Shown here: piece by piece, positions 1 through 10,839 of the stretch
Position numbering within the stretch: the first letter of the stretch is position 1
Layout: the number at the start of each line of letters is the position of its first letter
Source: a plasmid
DNA: 64,000 nt
Reading direction: 5' to 3' (one strand)
Sequence record: NZ_CP014527.1
Program-made: the position numbers and the translations under genes
The notes under the pieces: model-generated
What the model saw: only the letters and a program-made list of their open reading frames with translations
Told to the model about the DNA's origin: nothing
Database searches by the model: none

Positions 1-1317
1 GACAAGTCCAAGAGCAAAGGCCGCAAGGGTCTTGGGGCTGTCAAACTCTTGGTCACCGACCAGAAGCGTCACAATCTGCACCGTCACGGTCGTCACGGCC
101 TCGAAAGGATTGGCCGTCAGATTAGCAGACAGACCCGCGGCCATCACAACAATCATGGTTTCACCAATAGCGCGGGATACAGCCAGCAGAATTCCGCCGA
201 CAATGCCAGGCAACGCCGCAGGCAACACCACGCGCCTGATGGTTTCCGAACGTGTCGCCCCCAAACCATAAGATCCCTCGCGCATGGCACGCGGCACGGC
301 TGTAATCACATCATCCGAGAGCGAGGACACAAAGGGAACGATCATGATTCCCATCACGATCCCGGCAGCCAAGGCACTTTCTGATGAAATGGTCAGGCCG
401 ATGTCATGCCCAATCCCACGAAAAAGAGGCGCAACGGTCAACGCTGCAAAAAATCCGTACACAACCGTGGGAATGCCTGCCAGAATTTCCAAGACAGGTT
501 TGACCACACCACGAACGCGGGCTGGTGCATACTCCGCCATATAAATAGCGGCCATCAAACCCACTGGTACAGCCACCAACATTGCAATCAACGAAATCAG
601 CAATGTACCAGCAAACAGGGGAACAGCACCAAAGCTTCCCGATGAACCGGCCTGATCCGCACGCATGGCAGTCTGCGGGCTCCATTCCAGCCCAAAGAGA
701 AAATCAACAGGGGCCACATGGCCAAAGAACCGCCAGCTCTCAACCAAAAGTGACAGAACGATACCCACAGTGGTCAAGATCGCAATGATCGAACAACCAA
801 TCATAAAAGCCTTGACGGCATTTTCTACACGGTTGCGCGCACGGAACAGTGGGGTAACCCATCTGAGCGCAAAAAAGCCGCTGATAACCGCTGTGGCGAG
901 CGAGACCAGAATAACCAGCGAAAAGCTTGTCTGCTTCAGGAAAGCATAACGCAGGGCTGCTGACTGGATCTCGGGGACAGGCGAGAATGCAGAAGCCCCT
1001 GAGACAATATTGCGAATATCATTCAGGACCAGACTCACGCGGGCCGGATCGGGACCACTGGTACCGGCTAGGATACCCGGCGATATTTCCGCCAGAACAA
1101 GGCTGGTTATGACTTTGTCTTCCGCAAAGAACCACGCGAGAAGCAAGAGCAATGCGGGAATGCCAACCCATAACGCCACATAAAGACCATAGTAAACAGG
1201 CAAACTGTGCAACCTGTGGGTCTCCCCACTAACCAAGCGAAGGGAGCGCCGCCGCCCAAGCCAGAAACTGCTCAAGGAGAGCAGGGAGATAATGAGAAAC
1301 AGTATGAATATTTGCAT
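1..1317 (-). CDS. pstC: Phosphate ABC transporter permease PstC, long alphaproteobacterial form. The 3' end runs off the window start.
   Basis: Manual reverse-strand translation from the ATG at 1317 gives a multi-TM permease containing EAVTTVTVQIV and GIPTVVYGFF motifs. It sits immediately downstream of pstS on the same strand. The plus-strand ORFs in the track over this stretch are antisense artefacts. Confidence 0.75.
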   Translation of the reverse strand, partial: MQIFILFLIISLLSLSSFWLGRRRSLRLVSGETHRLHSLPVYYGLYVALWVGIPALLLLLAWFFAEDKVITSLVLAEISPGILAGTSGPDPARVSLVLNDIRNIVSGASAFSPVPEIQSAALRYAFLKQTSFSLVILVSLATAVISGFFALRWVTPLFRARNRVENAVKAFMIGCSIIAILTTVGIVLSLLVESWRFFGHVAPVDFLFGLEWSPQTAMRADQAGSSGSFGAVPLFAGTLLISLIAMLVAVPVGLMAAIYMAEYAPARVRGVVKPVLEILAGIPTVVYGFFAALTVAPLFRGIGHDIGLTISSESALAAGIVMGIMIVPFVSSLSDDVITAVPRAMREGSYGLGATRSETIRRVVLPAALPGIVGGILLAVSRAIGETMIVVMAAGLSANLTANPFEAVTTVTVQIVTLLVGDQEFDSPKTLAAFALGLV

Positions 1318-1437
1318 GGAAGCCTTGTTTGCCGTTTGCGGGCACATTGACCGATAGCGCCGAAGGTCTACTCTCTGCCACAGAGTATCACCGGGAACAA
1401 GTGGACATACCCGCAAACGGCTTTCGCCCTGTTACTT

Positions 1438-2502
1438 TCAGAAACTGCTGATGTCCAGCTTGGTCAACCCCGTAACAGAGGCAGCCCAGCATGCGCGCTC
1501 TGCATCAGGCATCGGAACAAGCCCCTTGTCACTCAGATACCCGTCAGGGCCCCATGCCTTCTCGGATGTAAACTCCTTGAGAAAAGCCTCGATCCCGGGA
1601 ATGGTGCCGACGTGGGCCTTCTTCACATAAAACTGAAGAGGACGGCTGACCGGGTAAGTGCCAGACGCAATATTTTCAAACGTTGGTATCTGACCATCAA
1701 TCCGGGCACCCTGCACCTTGTCCCCGTTCTCTTCCAGGAAAGAATACCCAAAGATACCAAAGGCATCTGGATTGGCTCCCAGCTTCTGAACGATCAAGTT
1801 ATCGTTCTCCCCGGCCTCGATATAGGCACCATCTTCACGCAGCGCCTGACAAGCCGCTTTTACATCACGACCGGCTGCCTTCAGTGCGTGGGTTTCAGGC
1901 AGCTTCTCGCATGCCACATCCATGACCAGCTCAACGAAAGCATCCCTAGTCCCCGATGTTGGCGGCGGACCCAGAACCTCTATGGGTTTTGCGGGAAGGG
2001 CAGAATCAATATCAGACCACATCTTGTACGGATTTGCGACCCAGGTTCCCTTGACCGGAACATCCCGCGCCAAGGCAAGAAAAAGCTGTTCACGCGTTAC
2101 GGACAAAGGGGCAGAAGCCTTGGAGTTGGCCAGCACAATACCATCATAGCCAATCTTGACCTCGACAATGTCTGTAACGCCATTGCGGGCACAGGCGTCT
2201 ATCTCGGATCGCTTGATCCGGCGCGAGGAATTGGTGATATCAGGATGTGATGGGCCAAGCCCCGCACAAAACAACTTGAAACCACCACCGGACCCCGTCG
2301 CCTCTATGATCGGTGTCTTGAACTGGCTCCTTTTGCCAAAGTTCTCGGCCACAACCGTCGAAAAGGGATAAACTGTGGATGATCCGACGATGCGGATCTG
2401 GTCACGGGCAAGAGCCGTACCGGACAGGGTTGTCAGGGCCACAGCCGCAGCAACCAGAGCACGTTTTCCAGAACTCACAGGAGCCTCCTGAAATACACCC
2501 AA
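1438..2502 (-). CDS. pstS: Phosphate-binding periplasmic protein PstS
   Basis: 354-aa ORF with an N-terminal signal peptide (ALVAAAVALTTLSGTALA). GSSTVYPF and GSGGG motifs match the PstS family. Context is pstS-pstC. Confidence 0.85.
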   Translation of the reverse strand: MGVFQEAPVSSGKRALVAAAVALTTLSGTALARDQIRIVGSSTVYPFSTVVAENFGKRSQFKTPIIEATGSGGGFKLFCAGLGPSHPDITNSSRRIKRSEIDACARNGVTDIVEVKIGYDGIVLANSKASAPLSVTREQLFLALARDVPVKGTWVANPYKMWSDIDSALPAKPIEVLGPPPTSGTRDAFVELVMDVACEKLPETHALKAAGRDVKAACQALREDGAYIEAGENDNLIVQKLGANPDAFGIFGYSFLEENGDKVQGARIDGQIPTFENIASGTYPVSRPLQFYVKKAHVGTIPGIEAFLKEFTSEKAWGPDGYLSDKGLVPMPDAERACWAASVTGLTKLDISSF

Positions 2503-2587
2503 AACGCAGGGCCCGGCATATGCAACAGCCTGTTTTTATTGGGATCACCGGACCTACCTCACTATAGCGCCTGTCCGCGTCATATTC

Positions 2588-2605
2588 ATGACAGGATCAT
2601 GACAG
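2588..2605 (-). promoter_or_regulatory. Pho box (PhoB binding site) upstream of pstS
   Basis: The reverse complement reads CTGTCATGATCCTGTCAT, two perfect 7-bp CTGTCAT direct repeats separated by 4 bp. It lies about 90 bp upstream of the pstS start. Confidence 0.6.
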
Positions 2606-2742
2606 TTTTGTTAAAGATTGTTTAATCATTGAATATCAATGAATTGGTATGAATTTCCGGACCAAGGGAAGTCGCAGGTTATTTCACGGATGTACAAAAA
2701 CAATGCACTTTCTCGCAAATAGCACTTGATTCTGCCGCAAGG

Positions 2743-4056
2743 TTGGTCATGGTGCGCATTATGACTGACTTACCGAAAAACCGCTCTGTTGCCTTGGCCG
2801 TGTTTCAGGCTGTCCTGCGAGACAGCCGCCCCCTTGATGAACAGGCCGATGCGCTCAGCCAGGCTCTTGAATCAAGAGACCGGGCCTTTGTCCGCATGCT
2901 TGTCGCCACAACGTTGCGGCGCTTGGGGCAAATTGACCTTGTCATCAATCAGTGCCTGGACAAACCTATGCCAGCCAAACTGGCTACGGTACGGGATGTG
3001 CTTCGTCTAGGGGCAGCTCAGCTTCTGTTTCTTGAGACCCCGGTCCACGCTGTTGTTGATACATCGGTCGAGCTGGTCAAACGCGGGCGCTTTGCGCCTT
3101 ATGCTGGCCTGACAAATGCTGTACTGCGCCGCATATCCAGGGATGGGTCCCGTATTTCGGACTCTGTTGACGCTCCACGTTTCAATACACCCAAGTGGCT
3201 CTGGCAGGATTGGAGCAAGACATGGGGGGAAGAAACAGCCCGCCAGATTGGGCTTGCACACCTGTCTGAAGCCCCCTTGGATATCACACTCCGTCCGGAC
3301 CAGGATCAGGCCGTATGGGCCACACGACTAGAGGCAACCATTCTGCCGTTCGGCACTCTGCGGCGTGTCATGGGTGGCAATGTTGCTGACCTGCCGGGAT
3401 TCGATGAGGGCCAATGGTGGATACAGGATGCAGCCGCCTCGCTGCCCGCACGTTTACTGGGTGATGTCCGTAACAAAACGATCATTGATCTCTGCGCTGC
3501 ACCGGGCGGCAAGACCATGCAGCTGGCTTCTGCCGGAGCTACAATCACCGCGGTTGACCGATCGGCACGCCGCCTTCGCCGGGTTGCCAGCAACTTGGAA
3601 CGACTGGGATTGAGCGCAACTCTTGTCGATGCGGATGCAACCCAATGGAAGCCGGATACACTGGTCGATGGTGTGTTGCTAGATGCCCCCTGCTCAGCAA
3701 CCGGCACGATCCGCCGTCATCCGGACGTTGCCCGCCACAAGCGACCTGATGATGTGCGGAACCTAGTCGCAACGCAAACAGAGCTACTGCGCGCTGCGGT
3801 TGACATGGTTCGTCCCGGAGGGCTTGTCGTATACTGCACATGCTCCCTGCAAAAAGCTGAAGGAGAGGAGCTTGTCGCAAGTGCCCTGTCAGCGGGCCTG
3901 CCTGTAGAGGGTGTCCCCGTTACTGCCGAAGAGACAGGGGGATTAAGCGCCCTGATCACACCGGAAGGCTGGTTGCGAACCATGCCTGTCCACAACAGTG
4001 AGAACGGCGGAATGGATGGATTCTTTGCGGCACGGCTCAGAAAGCTGGAAGCCTGA
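2743..4056 (+). CDS. rsmB: 16S rRNA (cytosine-C5) methyltransferase, RsmB/Sun family
   Basis: 437 aa with an N-terminal NusB-like region, the SAM motif DLCAAPGGKT, and the CTCS catalytic-cysteine region of Nop2/Sun methyltransferases. Confidence 0.8.
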   Translation: MVMVRIMTDLPKNRSVALAVFQAVLRDSRPLDEQADALSQALESRDRAFVRMLVATTLRRLGQIDLVINQCLDKPMPAKLATVRDVLRLGAAQLLFLETPVHAVVDTSVELVKRGRFAPYAGLTNAVLRRISRDGSRISDSVDAPRFNTPKWLWQDWSKTWGEETARQIGLAHLSEAPLDITLRPDQDQAVWATRLEATILPFGTLRRVMGGNVADLPGFDEGQWWIQDAAASLPARLLGDVRNKTIIDLCAAPGGKTMQLASAGATITAVDRSARRLRRVASNLERLGLSATLVDADATQWKPDTLVDGVLLDAPCSATGTIRRHPDVARHKRPDDVRNLVATQTELLRAAVDMVRPGGLVVYCTCSLQKAEGEELVASALSAGLPVEGVPVTAEETGGLSALITPEGWLRTMPVHNSENGGMDGFFAARLRKLEA

Positions 4057-4073
4057 GATCCTCATAACAGCAC

Positions 4074-4736
4074 TTACAGGACAATACGACCGTCCTTCAT
4101 AGAGATTGTCCTGTGCGCCCGCTGCGCCTGCCGTTCGTCATGTGTGACCATCACAACCGTTTTGCCGCTGGCGACTATGCCCTGCAGCATATCGAGAATT
4201 TGTTCACCATTCTGGCTGTCGAGATTTCCGGTCGGCTCATCAGCCAGAATGATAGTGGGATCCCCCACAAGGGCTCGTGCAATGGCGGCTCTCTGCTGCT
4301 GTCCACCCGACAGCTGAGCCGGATAATGCTTTGCCCGGGCCTCCAGCCCCACAGATTTCAGTACGTCCAGACTGCGCTTGCGGCGTTCTGCCTTCCCGAC
4401 ACCCCGATAGACCAACCCCAGCTCCACATTCCGTTCGATACTGAGGTGCGGGATCAGGTTGAATGCCTGGAACACGAACCCGATGTGTTTGCGGCGCAGT
4501 TCCGTCAACAAGCTGTCACGTTCTTCGCTAACCGTCGTATTCCCGAACTGGATCGTTCCTTCACTCGGAGTATCTAGCAAACCGAGAATGCTGAGTAAGG
4601 TCGATTTCCCCGAGCCTGAAGGCCCCATAATCGAAACAAACTCACCACCATCAATATCAAGGCTTACGTTTGTCAGAGCCCGGGTTTCCATTTCCGACGT
4701 CCGATAGGTCTTTCCGACGTTTTCCAATCGTATCAC
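4074..4736 (-). CDS. ABC transporter ATP-binding protein (MacB/LolD-like) of an efflux trio
   Basis: Walker A GPSGSGKST, signature LSGGQQQR, Walker B ILADEPTGNLD. It is last in a permease-MFP-ATPase operon on the minus strand. Confidence 0.85.
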   Translation of the reverse strand: MIRLENVGKTYRTSEMETRALTNVSLDIDGGEFVSIMGPSGSGKSTLLSILGLLDTPSEGTIQFGNTTVSEERDSLLTELRRKHIGFVFQAFNLIPHLSIERNVELGLVYRGVGKAERRKRSLDVLKSVGLEARAKHYPAQLSGGQQQRAAIARALVGDPTIILADEPTGNLDSQNGEQILDMLQGIVASGKTVVMVTHDERQAQRAHRTISMKDGRIVL

Positions 4737-4747
4737 ACTGCAAACTC

Positions 4748-6061
4748 CTAGTTCAGGGTCAGGTTCCGGTAGTTATCGAATCCCTGATAACTTGACGTTA
4801 TGATGCGTTCCCCCTCGGTGAGACCCTCAAGCACCTCTACGGCGTCAACAGTTCGGCGACCAGCCTTGATAGTCCTTCGGGTAGCGGTTGATCCATCGAC
4901 AACAAAGACCCAGTTGCCTCCGGTTGTTTCCCAGAACGCCCCCAGCGGAATTGTCAAAATGCTGTCGTTCTGCTGCGCCAGCTCCAGCCGACCGGTGATC
5001 GCCTGCCCCCGCGTGACACCCGGGAGGGAAACAGACGAGGCAAAATCAGCCTCAACCTTGAACTTCCCCTCCGTAATACGCGGGGAAATGCGCGTGACGG
5101 TCAACACTACATCGGCACCACCAATCGACCCAAGAACCCTCTGTCCAATCCGGACACGGTCAAGGTAAAACTCATCAAGCTGTGCCTCGACCTTGAAACC
5201 CTCGTTATTGTCAATCTGTCCTACGGATTGCCCGGCTGTAAGGTGCTGCCCCAAACTGACATCAAGGTGCGTAAGATAGCCCGTAATCGGCGCCCGCAAG
5301 GTCAGGGCATCAAGCTGTGACCTGGCAGTATGGATCGTTTCATCAAGACGGCGGGATGTCTCGCTGATGGAACGCTCGATCTCCTCAGCTTGCAACTTGG
5401 TACGCTCAAGCGCGCGACTTCGAATTTCAGAAAGAGCTGTCCAGTAGGCAAGATCCTCGCCAAGGCTTTTTTCCTTGGCTGCCGGGCTGACGCCTCTCTC
5501 CGACAACTGCTTCTGCATCGTATATGTCCGCTGCAACTGTTCGACCCGGTATGTCGCCTCTTTCAGCTCGGCTTCAGCGTTGCCGAGCGCCTGCGAGAGA
5601 CTTAACCGGAGCGACATCTGTTGATCGAGATGATTGATCGCGTTGGATTCCTGCGTTGAGATCGACAGCTCCAGCGTTGGATTTGAGGTCCTGACAAGAG
5701 GAGCACCAACCTCGACATAATCGCCGGCACGCTGAAAGATCTCTTCAACACGTCCCTCCTGCACAAGGTCGAGATAAACGGTCTCCCGCGGCAAAATGCG
5801 GCCTCGCAGGGGAATGAATTCAGTGAAGGGCCCTGTTGTGGCTGTCGCAATCGTCAATCCTTCCGGTGACACCGCAAGGGTCGAGGCGGCCCGGCTTGAC
5901 AGGACATAGAGAGCCACCAGACCGGCAACAAGCAGCACTGCCGTACCACTGACCATATAGGGCCAACGGCGACGACGCTGGACAGGCCGGTCGGTCGCAA
6001 GCAAAACAACCCTGCCCGGGTCTTCGTCCACCAGCTGATCACGCCAGAACAAGAGCCGCAT
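4748..6061 (-). CDS. HlyD-family periplasmic adaptor (membrane fusion protein)
   Basis: Single N-terminal TM helix, a long coiled-coil segment, and a beta-barrel/lipoyl-like C-terminus. It lies between the ABC permease and ATPase genes. Confidence 0.75.
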   Translation of the reverse strand: MRLLFWRDQLVDEDPGRVVLLATDRPVQRRRRWPYMVSGTAVLLVAGLVALYVLSSRAASTLAVSPEGLTIATATTGPFTEFIPLRGRILPRETVYLDLVQEGRVEEIFQRAGDYVEVGAPLVRTSNPTLELSISTQESNAINHLDQQMSLRLSLSQALGNAEAELKEATYRVEQLQRTYTMQKQLSERGVSPAAKEKSLGEDLAYWTALSEIRSRALERTKLQAEEIERSISETSRRLDETIHTARSQLDALTLRAPITGYLTHLDVSLGQHLTAGQSVGQIDNNEGFKVEAQLDEFYLDRVRIGQRVLGSIGGADVVLTVTRISPRITEGKFKVEADFASSVSLPGVTRGQAITGRLELAQQNDSILTIPLGAFWETTGGNWVFVVDGSTATRRTIKAGRRTVDAVEVLEGLTEGERIITSSYQGFDNYRNLTLN

Positions 6062-6071
6062 GGTTGACCGC

Positions 6072-8486
6072 CTACTGTCGCAGTGCTGACGCTGGTTCGG
6101 TGCCAGACAGCCGGATTGTGTGGTGCACCATGGCCACCATTCCGATCATCATGACCCCGGTTGCAGATGCCAGAAATGGAGACGGACCCAAGGCGATTCG
6201 ATGGGTATAACCACTCAACCACGAAAGAGCGATCCCGACCGAAACCGGTATTCCCAGGACGATACCCGCAATGACCGGCATCAAGAACCGCATTGAAAGA
6301 TAAGCCGTGACATTGCTCCGCGTGGCTCCCAGCGCACGGCGGATACCGACCTCGCGACGCTGCCGGATTGACAGAAGCGATGTCAGTGCATAGACGCCCA
6401 AGCACGATGTGGCCATGGCAACAAGACTGAGAGCAAAGAGAGCCTGCTTCGTCTTCTCAAGAGGCCGATAGAGATCGGCAAGTCGGTCGTCCAGAAAACG
6501 GCCATTGAGCACGGCGTCGTTACAAATCTCCCGCCAGCGGGCTATGATCTGATCCATCATGGACGCATCCTGCGGATTGTCGAGTGCAATCGCTATAAAC
6601 CTGCCGTTTCCACCGACGGAGAAGTAGACCATCCGTTCAAGAGGGGCATCAACCGATTTCATGGTCATGTCGGGAACCACCCCCAGAACCTCGAAAGAAA
6701 CGGGTTCCTCCGACCATGTTGAAACAACTGTGGCACCAATGGCCGATTGCGCGTCCCGGAACCCGAGCGCAGGTAGAGCCGCCTCGCTGAGCACAATGCC
6801 CTGCACATCAGCCTGCCCGGCTGTGGGGTCGGCAAACAACCGTCCTGCTATTGGTTCAAGACCAAACGCCTCGAAAAAAGACGAATCTACCGAATTTGAC
6901 GAAAAACTACTTGGCGCTGCCTGGCCTTGGTTCCTCAGTGACAGCATCGATGTACTGAAGTTCGTTGGCACAATCTCTGACAGAGATACAGAGCGAACGC
7001 CCGGAATGCGACGGGCCTCATCGCGAAATGTCGCCAAGGCTGAAGGCGGCAGGCCCGTTGCCCCCGCATCAATGATGAAAACGCCGGTTCCTGCAGCCTG
7101 AACACTACTGCGAACGGCAAAAGAGGTCTGCTCGGCGACAACAAGCGAGAGGACAGCGATGATGGTTGTCAGTGAAAACTGTACCACGACGGGAATCGTC
7201 TCCCACGTGACCTTTCGCTGCGGCATGTCTTGTTTGAGAGTCTCCACCGGAGACATTCGAGCTGCTGCATTCGCGGGCAGTATGACTGCCATGCCCGCCA
7301 CAAGAGCAACGACAAGCGGCGGCACCAACAGGACAAGGAAATCGGACATACCCACCAGTACGGTCGCGCCAGACAGACCGGCAACAATCGGGTGCCCAGC
7401 CACAATGATTGCAGCAGCGAGCGCCATCGCTGCGATGGTTACCACAGTCCCTTCTCGAAGACTGCCAAAAACAACCTGAAGCCTGGTTGCACCGAACGTC
7501 CGACGCACCCCGTATTCAAGGGTTCGCGCCTCGGTACGGGACATCATCAGAACAGAGAAGTTAATACAGACAATCACTGTGATTGTTACGGCAATTGCAG
7601 CCAGAATGCCAAGCATCGTCCGGCTTCCTCCCGGCTTCAACTCACCGGCCGGAAAAGAATTCAGGTGAATCTCCGAAACAGGCATCATACCGAGGGCCGG
7701 TTTGACAACGGCCATCGCTTCCGGCGGCATGACCGGGGTTATGGCCAGAAGACCGGAAAGCCGGGATGCCATGTCCTTCGCTCCGACGCCATCCCTGAGC
7801 CAGAAATAGGTGTAGGCACTACCTTTGCTGGGACTGGCCAAGCGACTTTGCTGGTTCAGAGCCGTAAAGGGGCTTCTGCTGCTTACAAGGATATTCAGGT
7901 CAAGATGCGTATTCCGGGGGACCGGATCCAGAACCCCTGTTACCCGCAAGCTGTCGCCTGTATCAAGCTCAAGGACCTGCCCTACGGCATTTATATTCCC
8001 GAAGTATTTCTGCGCGGCTTCGCGGGTAAGAACAACACTGCCGGGTGCATCCAGAACAGTTGGACCGGTTCTTTCGCTCAGACCCAGACCAAAAGCATCA
8101 AGGAAGTTCGGGTCAACAACCTGGACTGTTTCTGAATACCGTGTTCCATGGCGCGCAATGACCAGTGTTTCACGCGACAGGCGCGTCACATCCTCAACAC
8201 CGGAAAGTTGCCCGACGGCTTCGGCCAAGCGTAGGCTGACAGAAGGCAGTGGAATTGTTTGGGCACCAGGCGGTGAAATCACCATATGGAGACGATACGC
8301 CCGTTCGCTGTTACGGACCCATGTATCATGGGAAAGCTCCGCCCGGATCATCAGAAGGCACAAGCCGACTGCGACAAAACCAACAGCGGTTCCAAAAAAA
8401 TTCACGACGACCGGAATGATGTCTCGTATCGCACTTAACCCGAAAAACTCACGCACCCGATTTCGCACTCCTGCCCCAAACCCCAT
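6072..8486 (-). CDS. ABC transporter permease with two FtsX-like domains (MacB/DevC-type, 804 aa)
   Basis: Large periplasmic domains alternate with 4-TM FtsX-like bundles, and the pattern occurs twice. Operon context matches. Confidence 0.7.
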   Translation of the reverse strand: MGFGAGVRNRVREFFGLSAIRDIIPVVVNFFGTAVGFVAVGLCLLMIRAELSHDTWVRNSERAYRLHMVISPPGAQTIPLPSVSLRLAEAVGQLSGVEDVTRLSRETLVIARHGTRYSETVQVVDPNFLDAFGLGLSERTGPTVLDAPGSVVLTREAAQKYFGNINAVGQVLELDTGDSLRVTGVLDPVPRNTHLDLNILVSSRSPFTALNQQSRLASPSKGSAYTYFWLRDGVGAKDMASRLSGLLAITPVMPPEAMAVVKPALGMMPVSEIHLNSFPAGELKPGGSRTMLGILAAIAVTITVIVCINFSVLMMSRTEARTLEYGVRRTFGATRLQVVFGSLREGTVVTIAAMALAAAIIVAGHPIVAGLSGATVLVGMSDFLVLLVPPLVVALVAGMAVILPANAAARMSPVETLKQDMPQRKVTWETIPVVVQFSLTTIIAVLSLVVAEQTSFAVRSSVQAAGTGVFIIDAGATGLPPSALATFRDEARRIPGVRSVSLSEIVPTNFSTSMLSLRNQGQAAPSSFSSNSVDSSFFEAFGLEPIAGRLFADPTAGQADVQGIVLSEAALPALGFRDAQSAIGATVVSTWSEEPVSFEVLGVVPDMTMKSVDAPLERMVYFSVGGNGRFIAIALDNPQDASMMDQIIARWREICNDAVLNGRFLDDRLADLYRPLEKTKQALFALSLVAMATSCLGVYALTSLLSIRQRREVGIRRALGATRSNVTAYLSMRFLMPVIAGIVLGIPVSVGIALSWLSGYTHRIALGPSPFLASATGVMMIGMVAMVHHTIRLSGTEPASALRQ

Positions 8487-8618
8487 AAAGAAATGTCTCT
8501 AAATAATTCAGAGCACTCAATTGCCCTATTATCAAAAAATGGCCGTATTGTGACGAGCACAGATATCTCCACTCACAACAGGCTTGCCCCACCACAAAAC
8601 AGATGAAATCCTTCACCA

Positions 8619-10817
8619 GTGAAATACCTTGCCCGCCGACAATACGGGGAACAAAAACTGATGACTTCCTTGCAGGACTCCCTGTTCCAATCTGTCGTCA
8701 ATGCATTGGAGCAACAGCGGCACCAAGAAGCCCTGCAATACCTGACAACGTTGATAGATAAAGAGCCACGACACATAGAGGGGCGACGCCTATTCGGCCT
8801 TCTCCTGTCCGGTTCAGGGCAACGAGAACAAGCTCTTCCCTGGTTGGTGGGCGCAGCGCAGGATGCCCCGACCCATCCTGTCCTAGGACACGAAGCCGGT
8901 GAACTTCTTCTGGCACTCCAGAAGCCGGGACAGGCTATAGCCATGCTGGAAACATACCTGCAACATCATCCGGGGAATGCTGCCGCTCATTTTTCGCTGG
9001 CCATGGCTTTGCGCAAAACCGGACAAACCGATGCTGCCATCACACACTATAAGCATGTCTTGGCCCTAGATCCAAGCAGTGGCCATGCGTGGTTCAACAT
9101 TGGTAATATCCATCACGAGGAAGGACGCAAGGAAGACGCCATCAAAGCCTGGGAAGAGGCACTCCACGCTGCTCATCCATGTCAAGAAGCACTCTTCAAC
9201 CTGTGTCTGGGACTGATTGACGCAGGCCGGATACAGGAAGCATCTGCCTTGCGCGGTACAATCAGCATGCTGATGCCTGATCATCCCCTGTGTGAGCGCC
9301 TTGATGCCGAATTTGCAGCAACACATGGTGATACGGTCGGAGCCATTACTCATCTACGTCTCTACCTTCAAAAGGCGCCGGATACGCCGGAAGCCCTGAT
9401 GCGGCTTGCCCGGCTGGAAGCCAAGGAAGGCAATCTTGACGGTGCACGTGCACAGGCCAAGACATTGATCCGGAAAGTGGGCGAGACATGGCAGACGTGC
9501 GCCTTGACGGGTGAAATAGAGGCACACTTCGGCCATACTACACAGGCTAGGCTGGCATGGAAACGTGCAGCAGAACTACATCCTCTTGACTGGCAACTAT
9601 GGAGCAATGCCCTGTTCCTCAGTCTGCATGACAACGAAGCAAGCCCCGAAGATGTCTTTCAGGATCACCGTCATTTTGGCCTGTTCTGGGAACGGCAGAT
9701 CACGCCCCTCCCCCACCACATGGCAGCAGGTCTCAAGAAACGTCTGCGTATCGGGTATGTTTCACCTGATTTCTGCCACCATGCCATTAGCTTGTTTGTA
9801 GAACCGCTCTTTATACGGCATGATCGATCACAGTTCGAGGTTATCGGCTTCCATATTCCACGCCGGATTGACGAGACAACCCAACGACTGAGAGAAATGA
9901 CGGACCAGTGGTACACCCTGCCACAAGACCATGAACAAGCTGCACGGTTGATACAAAAGCACCACATTGACATTCTGATTGATCTGGCCGGTCATACTGC
10001 GGGCAATATGCTGCCCCTGTTTGCTTGGAAGCCGGCACCCCTGCAGGTCAGTATGCTTGGTTACCCCGGAACAACCGGACTAACCCGGGTTGACAGCCGT
10101 CCTCTCTACGGCAATCCCCCCAAAAGAACTGATGAGCAGGAATACAGCGTGGAGCGCCTGTGGGATCAAGTAGGACCATCAGAAATTAATGCGCCAAAAG
10201 AGTGCTGGCGTCCAAGCCCCCTTCCTATGCTGCAACGGGGGTGGCCACTGTTCGGCTCTGTCAACAAATATATGAAAGTTGATTCTGAGACTCGACGCCT
10301 GTGGGGACGCATCCTTGATGTATGTCCAACGGCACGGTTGACTGTCATCGCTCCGGGAGCAGACAACCCGGAAACACGGAAAATCATTCTACATGACTTC
10401 GCTGCCGATAACTGCCCTGTTGATCGGATAGACCTGCGCGAGGAAATGCCTTTAACAGAGTGGTTCACATTCTGTCGAGGCATCGATGTTGTTCTCGATC
10501 CCCTGCACTATCGCGGCGGCACAACAACCAGACTCCTCATGGCAATGGGCGTCAAGATTTTGCGTCTGCACCAAGCTGATAATACAGAGGAATATAATAA
10601 CCCTCTAAATGCCAAGAACCTAGACGACTATGTCAGGCTAGCCTGCAATCTGGTATCAGATCCAGAAAAGCTGGCAAGGCAAAGAGTGTACGATCAAGAG
10701 TGCGAAAAACAACATAGTGATCAATTACAGCGACATTATCTTGGAATCATAGAAACAGAGTTCCTCAGAAGTTGGGAGCAATACCACCGTACGGCTCCCA
10801 GCAACGTCTCAAGATAA
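8619..10817 (+). CDS. TPR-repeat protein with a C-terminal O-GlcNAc-transferase-like (GT41) domain
   Basis: The N-terminal half is 34-residue TPR repeats (AxxxLxxALxxxP patterns). The C-terminal half resembles bacterial SPINDLY/OGT-like glycosyltransferases. The true start may be at 8658. Confidence 0.55.
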   Translation: MKYLARRQYGEQKLMTSLQDSLFQSVVNALEQQRHQEALQYLTTLIDKEPRHIEGRRLFGLLLSGSGQREQALPWLVGAAQDAPTHPVLGHEAGELLLALQKPGQAIAMLETYLQHHPGNAAAHFSLAMALRKTGQTDAAITHYKHVLALDPSSGHAWFNIGNIHHEEGRKEDAIKAWEEALHAAHPCQEALFNLCLGLIDAGRIQEASALRGTISMLMPDHPLCERLDAEFAATHGDTVGAITHLRLYLQKAPDTPEALMRLARLEAKEGNLDGARAQAKTLIRKVGETWQTCALTGEIEAHFGHTTQARLAWKRAAELHPLDWQLWSNALFLSLHDNEASPEDVFQDHRHFGLFWERQITPLPHHMAAGLKKRLRIGYVSPDFCHHAISLFVEPLFIRHDRSQFEVIGFHIPRRIDETTQRLREMTDQWYTLPQDHEQAARLIQKHHIDILIDLAGHTAGNMLPLFAWKPAPLQVSMLGYPGTTGLTRVDSRPLYGNPPKRTDEQEYSVERLWDQVGPSEINAPKECWRPSPLPMLQRGWPLFGSVNKYMKVDSETRRLWGRILDVCPTARLTVIAPGADNPETRKIILHDFAADNCPVDRIDLREEMPLTEWFTFCRGIDVVLDPLHYRGGTTTRLLMAMGVKILRLHQADNTEEYNNPLNAKNLDDYVRLACNLVSDPEKLARQRVYDQECEKQHSDQLQRHYLGIIETEFLRSWEQYHRTAPSNVSR

Positions 10818-10839
10818 TTATAAGCAGGGACAGACAGGC

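Noticed and set aside
32-1112. Stack of short plus-strand ORFs in the track (32-271, 49-384, 284-544, 406-645, 582-788, 665-949, 927-1112)
   Set aside because: They are antisense or out-of-frame shadows of the long minus-strand pstC gene. Their proteins are low-complexity and motif-free.
7230-8135. 301-aa plus-strand ORF inside the ABC permease gene
   Set aside because: It is antisense to a well-supported 804-aa permease and has a His/Arg-rich low-complexity composition.
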